Shown here: piece after piece, positions 51,161 to 64,000 of the stretch | Numbering within the stretch: the first letter of the stretch is position 1 | How the letters are laid out: the number at the start of each line of letters is the position of its first letter | Made by a program: the position numbers and the translations under genes | The notes under the pieces: generated by a model | The model's database searches: none | Told to the model about the DNA's origin: nothing | What the model saw: only the letters and a program-made list of their open reading frames with translations | From: Lama guanicoe | Lineage: Eukaryota | Reading direction: 5' to 3' | DNA: 64,000 bases | Assembly (NCBI GenBank): GCA_013239625.1 | Contig: MU054413.1 | Coordinates: forward strand, 11,703,109 to 11,767,108

Positions 51161-54100
51161 ACTCACTCATTGCCTTAATCTGGTGGTAAGGGTGGGCATT
51201 CACTTTAACCAGAGGAATTTTGTGATTGGTCACATGATCAAAAGTCTCTTGGATCATTCCCAATACATATCCTCAAGGAGTCAGTGAAAAGTCTGATTAC
51301 AGTAAGTTTGGTTGATTACTGTTGCAGTGAAAATGTTTTCTTAACCCTTGACCTGTGTGTGAGCATAATGTTAGGAATAAACGTATTGATTGTGAGTTGA
51401 CTCCATTAGTGACAAGGATGTCTCATAAACATTTTATTGAGATAGAGGATGAACTGCTTCTTTACTTAGAGACAGGCATGTAGCATGATTTAGAGAGGAA
51501 GAAAAAATTAATTAGCCATGCAACCAGCTTCATATTCTATTGGATCTGCTAGTAATTCATCCACAGAGTCATCTATTTCAAAAATATCTTCATCAAATTT
51601 GTCCCCCGCAACCTTTTTGCTTTCTCATGATCCAAATTGATGATGTTGTGTAGATTGAGTGGGTTTTTACTTTCCATGATTAGTTCTAATCTGGTTTATG
51701 ACACCTGTTATAATTTGTGATCATTTTACCCTTCTGAGATCTTGGTATGCAATTACCCTATTAATTTCCTGACCCTCACCTCTTCCAGAAAGTCTTTGTC
51801 ATGTAGGTATATATTTATATCTGACATATGTAAGTATATGAGTGTAAGATTTATATATCCAGATTAATTTCATTTGAGAATTCTGATGTCCTTTGAAGTA
51901 ACCTGAGATTCCCTGCGAGTATCATAAAAACAGATGGAAATCATTGGTTTAAGCTCTTCTTTGAATGTAAGTTAGGCAATTCTAGACAGTGTATTAATTC
52001 CATCAAGGCACCAACTGGCATAACTCTAAATAGCAACTCGGGAGTCTGAGGTTATGAATGCAGACAAAGCACCAAGCTGAACAGTACCCCACTATTCCAA
52101 GAAATAAACACAGCTTCTAAATGTCCCTTATAACCTGGAAAATATTAGGCAATCTGACTAAAAATTTTTATTAGCTAGGAAAATACGGAGTCTTTCCTGT
52201 TGTTATGTTTTGATTAGTGAACATGTTTAATGTTAAACATTTATTTCCTTGGTCAGAACTGCTGGTTTTAGGATCTTAATCATTTATGGAAGTGAATAAT
52301 ATTCTTAAAGGAGGAATATTTTGTGGATGAATCACTAGCAAATCCAACAGAATATGAATCTGGTTACATGGCTAATAGACAATCATTATGCCAACAAAGC
52401 CTGTTCTTGGTATCTCTGGCTGAAATGAACATCTTCATCTGCTAACAAAAGAAACATTTTACTGTTTCTGGTTCTTAAAAACAACAACAAAATATGTCCT
52501 TTTTTGATACTATGCCCTGAGCCTTTGGTTCTGGGAAAGGAGATTTACATGAATGAGTGTGTGTGTATATAGATTCAGATCTGAATATATGCATCTACAT
52601 ATAAGTAAATGAATATATATTTGGTGTGTGTTACACGTGTGTACATTATAAGATGGATAGTGACTGAGATTGCTGAAGGCTCAAGAGTCAAGCCTGATTT
52701 GGATTTTAAAGGAATCTGCCAAATGTTTAGCATTTAACCAATGAACTATATTGTAAAAAATATATTTGGAAAGTGAAATCTTTCAGGTTTTTAAGGGAAA
52801 TGCATTGTCAGCCCCAAATATTCAGAGTTGTAGTTAGGAAAATGAAGCACGTGATGTCATTAAGTTTAATGGAAACAGAACCTGGAGCGAAGGGGAGTGT
52901 GCCAGTTGGTTTCTTGCTCTGTTCGGCGCTGGGGCTCTCTGGGAGATCATCCCAATACCTCCAGGCAGGGCTCTTTGTGACAATTGTAATGGGAAGTGTC
53001 ATCAAGCGCCTAGGGACTTTGGCCCTTAGCATCTGTGTTGGGAAATCTGCACAACGTGGCCTCACACCTAAATGAAATTGCTCATTACAATTTAGACACA
53101 TTCTAGAGAATGGGGGCACTGATTTTTCAAATGCAGAAAAGCAGAATACCACAGTAAAACTATAATTTATTTATACAAATGGTGTGTTTTTACAAAGGCC
53201 ATCTGTCAGTTGACTCTCTGATCTAAAACAAATCTGTTTGTTCCCCGGAAGAAATAACATGTCTGTTGAAAAAGGATTTATGGACGACAGGCTGCCCAAT
53301 CCACCAGCCATTGATATAATAGTAACTATTTATGATATATTTACTTCTAAGGGAGTGCTGTGAGTGGGAACTATTACTTGTAAAGTATGGTAATTAATTT
53401 TTCATTACCTCAAAGCCAAGAAATGGAGCCCAGTTGCATTTATTAAGATTTCTGCATGAAAAACATGTTTCTTCTGGAAAAAAAAATAAAAGTATTCAGA
53501 GAGCTATGGCCTCGTGGTAGCTCACTGCTCTGATGGGTGGGATAAAACTGTGGGCTGAAACTCAAGCCCTGGATTTGTTTTTGGAGGCCAAGATGACAGT
53601 TTTCTATTGAATGACCCTGGTCACTGGATCTCCAGGCACCACTGATAGTCCTTATTGAAAATTAGATCTTACCATTAATACTGAAAGAAAAAAGAACTCC
53701 GGGCTGGGAGAAACAGAAATGGAAGAGAAAGGAAAGCCCCCTGTCTTCCCCACACAAGGAAGACCCCATCCCCCTTCACAGAAGAGAGACTCCATGAGTA
53801 TATTCATACTTTAATATTTACTTTGGGATGGAATCTAATGTTTCTTAGTATGTATCCTCTTCAAGAAACTGGGCTAGGTCACGTGAGGGGTACAAAAAAG
53901 CATGTCTTCTCTCAGAAGGCTTACAATCTACCTGATATCTCAGGGCATGGTGATAGATACAGAAATCACCTTGACTTTATCAATGAAAAATGGGTAACAG
54001 AGTCAGTGTTTATCACCAAACACCTTTCTTAAATTAACACCAATTCTTATATTTTGGTTTTCCAAAGCATTCTTAAAATTAGCTAAACCTAGTTTTCCCC

Positions 54101-54826
54101 CCAAATACATAATTTTTATTTCCTTTGAATTTATTTTTGTTTTTCAAACATTTTAAAACATAGATAATACTTGAATATGACACACAAAAAGTACAAAGGT
54201 AGACGGTCCAAGGGGTCCTTTCCCTGTGTCCCCCAGGAAGCCAGTTGCCCTCTCCAAGGAAACCCAAATTCAGTTTCTTCTGTGTCTGTTTCTCCTGGGT
54301 TTCTCTTGTGGACAGAGGTCTTATTTGTCTTTTCCAAGGAACTGTGGAGGCGTCTTAATATTCAGATCCCAAAGGAGACAGATTCTACCATAACACATTT
54401 ACTTGTCTCTGCAAAGGTCTCGGCAGAAGAATGGACATTGAAGCTCAGAGGCAAGATGTTGGTGAATGTAACCATGTGGGTCTCCTGCTGATGCGGCAAA
54501 GTGACAGTCCTCCCATCTCTCCAGATCCAGGACGGTCCTCACGTTGGATAAGTCAAAACCCAGAGACAGGGCTGGCACTGAAATACATTGTGTCTCTCAG
54601 GCTGACAGTCCAGGATCCTTGGTTTGAAGATCAGAGGACCCTCACTGTACCTGTTGATGGATCCTTGAGGATGCCTGATGCCATTCTGCTTTATTTCCCA
54701 CAAATACCTCCCAGCGGTGGGACTAGAGATGAAGTGGGCACTGCCCTGGACCCCCATTATGTACACAAGTCTCCCAGGACAGTTGGACTGAGCCTGTTTG
54801 CTTCCAAGCTCCACACTGCAAGGTTG

Positions 54827-54866
54827 GAAATGATGAGGTGGTTGTTGAAATGATGAGGTGGTTGTT
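54827..54866. repeat. Perfect 20-bp tandem duplication
   Basis: gaaatgatgaggtggttgtt x2. Confidence 0.9.
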
Positions 54867-55378
54867 GGCCCGGGTCACATCCACAGTCATGTCTTCTTGG
54901 GATCTCTGCAGCCTGGGGTCCAAGAGCAGAGTCATGTTCAACTGGGGCTGCTGCTCCCTGGTTTGGACTGCTCACGTTCCCATCTGGAGGTTGGGTCTCA
55001 GCTCAGGCACTGGGGGATTTGAAGGTTGGGGGCCAGGTTATAGCTTGTCTCCAGGGCCTGCATGAGCAGAAGGTTGCTTCAGCCAAGGCACCCTAGAGGC
55101 ATGGGCTTCCAGAACAGTGGGAGTGGGGCAGCTCATGGCTTCCAACAGCCATCCAGCTGTGGCCTCCTCAGGTTTGCTTCTCAGTAACTGTGCCCCATCC
55201 CTGCCCCCTGCATCCTTATAGAGGAATTCCTACCTCCTTGAAATTCTTAGCTTGGGTTCTGGCACATGTAAAGGTCCACTAAGGTCTGTTGGACTCTTGG
55301 AAGAGATACTGAGGCTCTGGGACATTTTATGTGTACACGTTTCTGTTGAGAAGATCCATCTTATGTTGTTGGCAGCTT

Positions 55379-55507
55379 TTGGGTGGGTGGGGGCGGTAAT
55401 TATGTTTATTTATTTATTTTAGGTTTATTTATTTATTTTAATGGAAATACTGGGGGTTGAATCCAGGACTTCCTGTATGCTAAGCAAGCCCTCTACCGCT
55501 GAGCTCC
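55379..55507 (-). mobile_element. Vic-1-like tRNA-derived SINE with 10-bp TSD
   Basis: TSD ttggcagctt (55369-55378 / 55508-55517). Confidence 0.85.
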
Positions 55508-55647
55508 TTGGCAGCTTCTTAAAGGCGTTTCCGCCACAAAAGCTGCCCACTCAGTCTTCTGGTCCCACCCCAGGCCCCTGTCTTCACCAGCCAGCTCTGA
55601 TTCCCCTGCTACATGCTCTCAGAAAACGTCCCTCCTCCTTCTATAGT

Positions 55648-56140
55648 ATAGATTAACAAACTTTTTCTGTACAGGGACAGATAGTAAATATTTTAGGGCT
55701 CTGGCCTAAGAGGCAAAATGAAGGAAATATGTAGGTCCTTATAAAGCAAGAGAGAAAACAAATCTCCACTTTTTTAAATTAATAAAATGCTAAATATAAA
55801 AATAATAGAATACATTTTTTGTAGTATAGGACTATTAATGAGGATAATGGAATTCTATTTTAGGGATGATGATTTTTCTTAATTGAGGTTAAGATTTAGT
55901 GTTTGCTCTCATCAAAACTGATTGTAAATTTTTGTCTATTAATGCTGATCTGTAGTGAGATTTAATATATTAAATTAAAAAAATAAAATTTGAATACTGT
56001 AATTTTCCTGTGTCACAAAATATTATTCTTCATTTGATTTTTATTCAAACTTAAAAAAAAAAGTAAAAACCATTTTTAGCTGTACAAAAACGGGGAATGG
56101 GCTGAATTTGTTTCTAGAGCCTTACTTTGCCTGTTCCTGC
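55648..56140. mobile_element. MER58-family hAT-Charlie element
   Basis: caaactttttctgtacagggacagatagtaaatattttagg...ttttagctgtacaaaaacgggg...tttgcctgttcctg. Confidence 0.6.
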
Positions 56141-57306
56141 GTTGTAGCACTCCCCACTGCATGTGGTATACTCGTTTGTTTCCTCCTTTGTGCTTTAAAT
56201 GCTTGTGGTTAAGATATCAAATGATCCTAAAAGTTTTTTAGTAAAAACTAGCATTCACTTGCTCTGTTTCTCCCTACCCCCCTGCTGCTCCCTAGAGGCA
56301 ATCACTTTAAATTCATAGCTAATTCTAATGTTAGTCTACATAGATCTAGAAAGAAAGAAAGGATAGAGATAAAAAGAAAAGAGAATATAAGAGGAAAAAA
56401 TAAAAGGCATATAATGCTGTTTCTTGATTTATCAATTTTAAACAGTATACCTCTTGATTTCTTACCACAGAATGAGATTTTACTTCTCTTACACTCTTTC
56501 CTCCCACTTTCTTTCCTCTCATCCTCTCAGTATAGTTATACCACGGTTTTTGGTTAAATTAATATTCAGTCTTTATATTCTTGTGATCATATAGTTATTA
56601 CTCAGCAGAGCCATATAGTATACTATGACTACATTTCCTATATTGCACAATATTTCTTTTTCCTGAAGGTAATAATTTCCTTTTTTTTTTTTTCCTAATT
56701 GTCTCTGTGCTTTTTGGCAGATTCTGTGGAAGTTCAGAATCTCCCAGCTCATGTAATATTAGAGATAATTCTGCCTAATAACATTTTAGAGTGTTGCAGT
56801 ATAACTGTACATGGGTGATGCCAAGTCATTTCAGTACAACTCTGGACGATGTAGCAAGATGGAACTGATGGTGTAGTATGATAAAATTGTACCTAAAACC
56901 AGGATGCTGGATCCTGTGGCCTGTGCAGGGTGGTTTTGCAATCATGTATATTAATGATGCTTGGAGTTTCAGGGTGACCAGTCTAGAGGCAGCAGAGACT
57001 TGGTAAGTGCTTATTTAGACTTCTTACAACCTGCAGGATGTCCCTGTAGACAAGCAGACTATCTCCACCACCTTGCGTGCACCTCCTGTGAGGACATGGA
57101 GACTAGAGGAGACATCTGCACTCCCCACTCCAACCAGCTGGACGTGCTCTTCCCTCCAGTACTAGCGACACATACTTTTCGCTTTCTGCAGTGAAATGTT
57201 GCTTATATAAGATTACTGACTGAACCTAATTTTCCTCCTACACTCTCCACAGATCTCTAGAACTTTTCTCAATATGGTAAACCAAACAGGTAATCTAGCA
57301 GCTGTT

Positions 57307-57992
57307 TTTTTGTTTTTGTTTTTTAAATTGAAGTGTAATTGATTTACAGTGTTTCAGGTGTACAGCAAAGTGATTCAGTTATATATATATATATATACAT
57401 ATATATTTTTTCAGATTATTTTCCATTATAGGTAATTACAAAATATTGACTGTAGTTTCCTGTGCTATACAGTAGGTCCTTGTTATTTATGTGTTTTATT
57501 TTTTTTTAATTTTATTTTCTTTAGTGGAGGTACTGGGGAATGAACCCAGGATCTCATGCATGCTAAACCCACCACTGAGCTATACCCTCCCCCCATCTGT
57601 TTTATATATAGTAATGTATATCAGTTAATCTCAAATTCCTAATTTATCCCTCCTCCCCTTTACCCCCTGGTAACCATAAATTAGTTTTCTCTGTCTGTGA
57701 GTCTATTTCTGTTTTGTAAATAAGTTCATTTCTACCATTTTTTTAGATTCCATATATAAGTGATATCATGTGATATTTGTCTTTCTCTTTCTGACTTACT
57801 TCACTTAGTATGATAATCTCCAGGTCCATCCATGTTGCTGCAAATGGCATTATTTTATTCTTTTTTATGGCTGAGTACTATTCCATAGCATATACATGCA
57901 GTATCTTCTTTATGCAGTCATCTGTCAGTGGACATGTAGGCTGCTTCCCTGGCTTGGCTGCTGTAAGTGGTGCTGCTGTGAACACTGGGGTG
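57307..57992 (-). mobile_element. 5'-truncated lineage-specific L1 with 11-bp TSD
   Basis: TSD tagcagctgtt (57296-57306 / 57993-58003); T-rich tail; ttagattccatatataagtgatatcat...ccatccatgttgctgcaaatggc. Confidence 0.85.
57500..57594 (-). mobile_element. Vic-1-like SINE nested in the L1
   Basis: ggaggtactggggaatgaacccagg...actgagctataccctcccc; TSD atgtgttttat / atctgttttat. Confidence 0.8.
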
Positions 57993-58509
57993 TAGCAGCT
58001 GTTGTTGACGCTTCTCCTCATCCTTCCTCTCCGTCCCTTCTCCCCCCTCCCCTGCTTCCTCTCCCTCTTTTTCCCTTCCTTCTCCCTCCTCCTCCTCCTT
58101 CCTCTTCTTCTCCACTTAGACATTCCTCTTATATCTCTCTCTTTGCTTACTCCAGGCTGTACTGATTGCTTTCTAGGATTGCAATCTGATTATTTTGGGG
58201 ATTTAACTCTTCTATCCCCTTGACAATTTCCTTAATCCCTTTAGTGTGTTGGATCCACTGTCTTCCTCTTTCTTGATTGACTTCCTTGTTTTAGTGGAGA
58301 ATATTTTCCAGGAAATCCCTGTGCATGAGAGGTGAAAATATTTGCATGTCTGAAAATGTCTTATTCTACTATCACATTTGATATCTTTCATCTGTGGTCA
58401 TTTCTCTTACTCTTTTTGTCCTTGAGGGTTTATGTCTATGAATTCCTTTACTGTTATTTTAGGGGAGTTTTGGGAGGAAGCGGAAGTAAACATACATAAC
58501 AGAGTTAAT

Positions 58510-58930
58510 TTTTACCTGCTATTCAATGTCTTTTTCCTTTATTACTAGAACCTCCCAATTTAAGCTAGAACAATGACTGCATTTCCTAGCTTCCCTTGGA
58601 GCTAGATATGGCTGTGTCATTAAGTTCTGGCCAGTTCTTTCTGCATATGTTATGTCTGTAGCTTCTAAGTCAACCTCTTCAAGGCAAGAGGCAGGTCTTC
58701 TCCTTCTCCACCCTTTTGCCTAGAACATGGTTATGGTGGTGAACCATCTTCAACCTTGCAGAACAGGGTGACACTCAGGGAAGGCTGAACAACGAGAGAG
58801 AAGGAATATGGGTCCCCAACATAGTGGGGCACTTTATTATCCTTGGCCTTCTAATGATCCCTGTTATGTAGGAGAGAATTACACCTCTTTCTTGTTTAAG
58901 ACATTGTTAGTAGAACCTGTATCCTGACTA
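58510..58930 (+). mobile_element. LTR16-like ERVL solo LTR
   Basis: catttcctagcttcccttggagctagatatggctgtgtcattaagttctggcca. Confidence 0.6.
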
Positions 58931-59469
58931 GTTCAGTGAATGTGTTCAATCTGCTGTGTTTGACTGGGGGAGAGCCTTCTTTACATGTAGAATAAATTTC
59001 TTCTCTTTTTTATGTAAGGGAATGAAAAGGCTCAGAAATGATAAGCAGTGGAGGAAGAAATACGTCTCTCAGATGTGTGAATAGATAAACTGTTGGCACA
59101 TGACCACACTCCTAACTTTTTAATTTTTATCGACCTGATTCATGGAAGGAAGAATGAACTTAGAAATGAAGGATTTGGTTCTAGTCCCAGCCTCTCCACT
59201 GTGTCTTTGGAGGTGATAGAATCTCTTTGAGTCTTAGTGTCTTCATCTGTGAAATGATAATAATGGTTAAGAATGGAGTAGGGGGTTTACCAAATTCTGC
59301 TTATGTAATTATGTCTTTAAATGTTTGCTCTTAAGTGAATCTAAAATGAATCTTTTAAATTAATGTTATTTAGTATATCAGCTTAATGTATTATATTATC
59401 AATAGCTTTTATTTATTAAACATTTTCCAGATGCCTGGGACTGCAAAGCACTTTTATAATGGTAATGAT

Positions 59470-59690
59470 GTTAATAATAATAAACCCTTATTGCATGCTT
59501 ACGATGTGCCATGTGCTGCACTAACTGCTTTGTATGTATTAGCTCATATACTCCTTGTAATAACCCCATATGAATAGTTCCATTATTAACCCATTTTACA
59601 GATGAGGAAAGTAAGACTTACAGAGGTATATAACTCCTCTAAGGCAAGGATTCACACCCCAGTCTAGACCAACTCCCAAGTCTTTGCTCT
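59470..59690 (-). repeat. MIR
   Basis: cccattttacagatgaggaaagtaagacttacagagg. Confidence 0.65.
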
Positions 59691-62600
59691 TTTCTTTTTT
59701 CTTTATTCCTTTTCACCTTTTCCTCAGATGTTTTATGTGATTTTTAACATGAGAAATTAAAACAAGTAGGTAAGATTAGAGAACCACAACTAAACCTAAA
59801 GCAAAATTAGCCTCTAACTTGAAACACTGTTTTGACCCCATGGCCATGACCCAACTTAGAATCATGGAAGGGGATGTGGGGTCACCCAGTCTAACCTCCC
59901 ACCCAGCATGGAAATCCCCCCGTAACAGCCTGGACGGATGGTCACCCAGGCTCTGTTTTAATACCTCAGTGGCTGAACTTGTGCTGCTTTATTCGGCTGC
60001 CAGTGCCACTGTCAGAGAATCTCGGCACAGCTGGCTTTCAGACTCCAGCCCCTGTGTGTGCCTACCTCTGCAGCACCGAAGCTATCAAGTGGCGGCACAT
60101 CTCTCTTGTCTCTCATCTCCCTCCCTTCCCCTCTCCTCCAACCCCATTTGGTAGAGAACTCCATGAAGAAGATGACATTTGAGCTGAACGAGTGGGCTGC
60201 ATGAGATTTCCACAGGCAGAAGTGAGAGGAGGTAGAAGATTAGAGGCAGAGGCTGCAGGTGGGGCAGGTGGGGGCGAGGCCAGTGTCTCAGCCTGGTGGG
60301 TCGTGGGTGCCCAGAGAGCAGCTTAGGGGGAAGGTATCTTTGGGGTGGCAGGTTGAGGCCCAACTACAGGGAGCTTTGAGCATGAGGGTGAGGACTGGTA
60401 CATAACTATGGTAAGCGGTGGGATCTTGGAGCTTCTGATGAATAGGAGAGTGGACAGTTTGAGAGTCTTGCTTTTAGGAGATTCCTCTGATATCTGTGTG
60501 TGTACAGGGATGGCTTGGCAGGGAGACTCTGGAGCAGAGACCAGCCTTTCCCAGCCTGTTGGAGCAGGTGCCCCCTGGCTCCTCTCATGAACAGAATCAC
60601 TTTTCTCTCTACATAGTAGCATTTTAATTTCCCCTACCATATAACAGGACAGCTTATTACATTTTTTAAACAAAAGATGTGCATAAGACAAGCAAAAATG
60701 AGCAAAATTTTTAAAAAAAATGAGATAAGATAAAGAACAGCCTTTTACAACAAATAATTGAAATGTGCTGAGAGCACTTTTCCTTTCCTCTTCCAGCCTT
60801 CTCTGGCCGGAGGCACACTTACTTCCCAGCCTCGGAGAGAATCTGCCCTTTAATCTTGTCCCGTGGGCCGCAGGTCACACAGCTAGTGGCCCAGCAGGCA
60901 TCAGAACTGGGGCTTTCTGATGGAGAGTCCAAGGTTCTTTCCACTGCGCCCAACTGCTTCCATCAATCTCACTAACCGTCAGTGTGTGTGTGTCATATCA
61001 AAGCTTAGAATAGACTCCAAAATAATTCAACATAGGAACTTTTGCAGTTGGGTTTTATGTGGACAGATGAAAATGGCCCGATCTCTTTATTTACACATGC
61101 TTATTTTCATAAAAAGGTGCTTTTCAAAGAAGCTGATTAAGCAGATATACCCAGACTCTTTTGGTGTATTTGCAGATTTATGACTGATGGACTATGTGGT
61201 CACCATTTATTGATTAAGTTTTTTTCTTATCTGTACAAAGTCATGGCTGCCTGTCCTTTGAGTCTGGTTTTGTCAAGGGGCCCAGGTCTCTCTCCACTGC
61301 ATCTGCTGCCTCTCTCTGGTTGTTCCTTTCATTCAGCTCATTAGATGAAGGTATTCTCCACTTGGTTCTGTGTTGACAATCATGAAATTGAGTGCTCCCC
61401 CAAAATGACAAGTGAGCAAGAAGAACCTTACTTAGAGCCAGAGGGGATGGTCGCAATTAAGATCTTTAAAAATTTCAAAAAGAAGTCCCTGCTGAGTGAC
61501 TGCGACAGCTGCTGCTCATTGAGATGAGAAACCATTGGCTCCGAACCAGCCAGTTCTGAACAGCAGGGCTCCCTGCGCTACTCCAAAGTGTATTTCTTTC
61601 CATGGTGGCTGCCGAAATGCAGGCTGTAGTAACCCTGCTTTAGATGTGCCACTGGAGACTGGGCTGTTAAGGGATTCTGCTAGCGGTCCTCTGTCTAGGC
61701 AATGATTCCACTTCTACATTGTCCATCTCTGAGTTGGCTTAAAGGACTGCGTGCATTACTGCAGATGATGTGTGTGTTTGCTTTGGTAACCCGTATAGTC
61801 ATTTGTAATGAAAATTATGTTGAGGACATTATAGTACATAACCCAAAGAAGCAAATGTTCACCCATCAGACGCTCGTAATTCTTTTCAGAATAAACTCTG
61901 TAAACTAACCCTCACATGAACGTGTTTTTATTTTCCAAGCAGAACGAGTGTTCAGATTACCTTTAGCTCACACTTATATATCCTTAAAATGGTTTGTGTA
62001 TTAATGATTTAATGGAATTAATAACCCTCAGTGCCTCTCTTGAAACTATTTAAATTTTTCTCATATTGCTCCAAGGTTAGATAGAATCCCAAATTTTGAA
62101 TTCCATTGTCATGAAACCCCCTCCCCCCATTTTCCACAGTGAGAGCACATGACATCCTGTGTGCCATGACACTCTTTTTCAAATTTGTACATTTAAAAAA
62201 AATCCATAATCAAACTGGACTTCATTTTTTTTTAAAGAAAGTGCATTGTAGTCCCTATGCTAATCTTTTGAGTGAGTGAAGTGTTTTCTTGCAGATGCTA
62301 TAGGGCTGATATTCTACTGGCTAATCTTACTTGACTCAGACCTAGTCATTCACAAACAACAGATGTTCATGGTGTATTTTTCACTTTCCTGCTTGCTCTG
62401 TGAGCAATGATGTTTGTGGTAGGCCGTGTCTTTGTCAGGTCCTCACATTTCTAGTCAAACCTGGTATTTTCCTTGTGCTGATTTTTCCTCCCTTGGGATA
62501 CGATCTTTTGGTGAGGTTAGAGGTTTGTGGCAGGCTTCATTTACTTTTGTTCTTGTTTTGGGTACAGCTAATTCAGGCATAAGGTTTCTGTCAGATGATA

Positions 62601-63239
62601 TTTAGAAGCACTCTGTATTTCGGTTTGGAATACTGGACATACAAGGCTCTTTCTACAGAATATGTAAGTGCAATACTTCAGTCTCCTTGTTTACAAAATA
62701 ATCTTTTAGACAACCCCAGAGCCTCCCAGAGAGATCCCCAAGGACTCTGACTGTCCACTCTGAATTCAGGATAGCTGTTCTTCCTCTACCTACCTACCTC
62801 TCAGCCAAATATTATTAATTAGAAAAACAGATTCATAACAATGTGTTTTTAACTGCCTTTAATTCGGTTCTGTACAAAAACGTTTTTGAATATCTGCTTT
62901 TTACTAGATTTGAGCTGATAGCACATACCACGGAGCAGCTCGGATAGGAATGGGCAAGGCTGATGTAATCAAAGCAAAGGAGCAAAGATAGTGAAAAGAG
63001 TATGAATTTCCCCAAAGACCGCATACTCAATTTGTGGATAAAGTATTTCCGTTCAAAGTATTTATTGGTTTTATTTTTTTTCCTGATTACAAAAGTCCGT
63101 CATATTTGGAGTAGATACTTTGGAGAAAATAGAAAAGTAGTCATCCACCATCTCAGCATCCAGTGTTAACACTTGATTTCATAGCCTCCCTGTCTTTTTT
63201 CTAAGCATGTCTATATAGTTCACAAAAAGTTCACTCCAT

Positions 63240-64000
63240 ACCGTTTTCAAGAACCTTGTTATAAAATAAAACCTGTATCTAGAAAATGACACAAATGTAT
63301 GGCTTACTGTAAGTTATCAGAAGGTGAACACTCTTATAATTAATTTCCAAATAGAGAATGAGAACTTTGCCGACACCAGAAGTCCTTTAATCTGCCTGAT
63401 CATCATCTCAACCCCCTCACTTCCCACCAAAGTAACTACTGTCCTGGCTTTTATCATGTGTAACATTTTATCATTTATAACTTCTACATATAAGCCTCAT
63501 AATACATTATTATTAGTTTTTCATTAAACCATCAATGATCTTTTAAAGAGGTTTTAAAAAATAACACCTGGTAATTTTCCTTCTGTCTGCAGGATTTTCT
63601 TTAACACTTTCTGAAGTGTGGGTCTGCCACTAATAATAAATTCTTTTAGCTTTTTTATGCTTGAAAAAGTCTTTATTTTACTTTTGTTTTTGAGAGATAT
63701 TTTTTCTGGATCCTATACAATGTTATATATTATACAATTATAGGATTACAGGTTTTTGTTGTCGTTTAGGAATTTTACAGTGTTGCTCCCTGGTCTTCTG
63801 ACTTGCATTGTTTCCAAGAAGTTACTTGTGTTCTTAGCTTTGTTCGTTGGCTGCTTAAGAGTTTATCCTTATCACTGGTTTTAAGCAGTTTGATTATGAT
63901 ACGCCTTGGGAGAGTTTTCTTCTTGTATCTTGTGCTTTGGGTTCATTGAAATTCTTGGATAGATGGGGTTTGATAATTCTGTTGAAATTTGGAAAAATTT
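63240..64000 (-). mobile_element. Old L1M fragments running off the window end
   Basis: ttgaaaaagtctttattttacttttgtttttgagagata...ttggggttcattgaaattcttggat. Confidence 0.6.

Noticed and set aside
49000-64000. Additional gene upstream of MACROH2A2
   Set aside because: No recognisable coding exons; mostly MIR, L1, LTR and DNA-transposon remnants. A lncRNA cannot be excluded from sequence alone.

Overview
Mammalian genomic DNA, probably camelid (four Vic-1-like tRNA-derived SINEs), with four assembly gaps. Two genes lie tail to tail. The last four coding exons of AIFM2/FSP1 are on the + strand (797-3773). The complete MACROH2A2 (H2AFY2) gene is on the - strand: 8 coding exons, 1119 nt/372 aa, 31189 to 5999, with a non-coding first exon and CpG-island promoter at about 47.4-49.0 kb. 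Their poly(A) signals face each other 30 nt apart (5360-5401). Sequence beyond 49 kb is repeat-rich with no gene that I can support. The most unusual feature is a ~715-bp insert in MACROH2A2 intron 6 (12769-13483). It is homologous to LARP7 but keeps LARP7 intron sequence, and its poly(A) tail, target-site duplication and L1 endonuclease site are on the strand antisense to LARP7. I interpret it as a retrocopy of the miR-302/367 host transcript, possibly the 3' Drosha cleavage product. Repeat families and comparisons with human genes are from recall, not from database searches.
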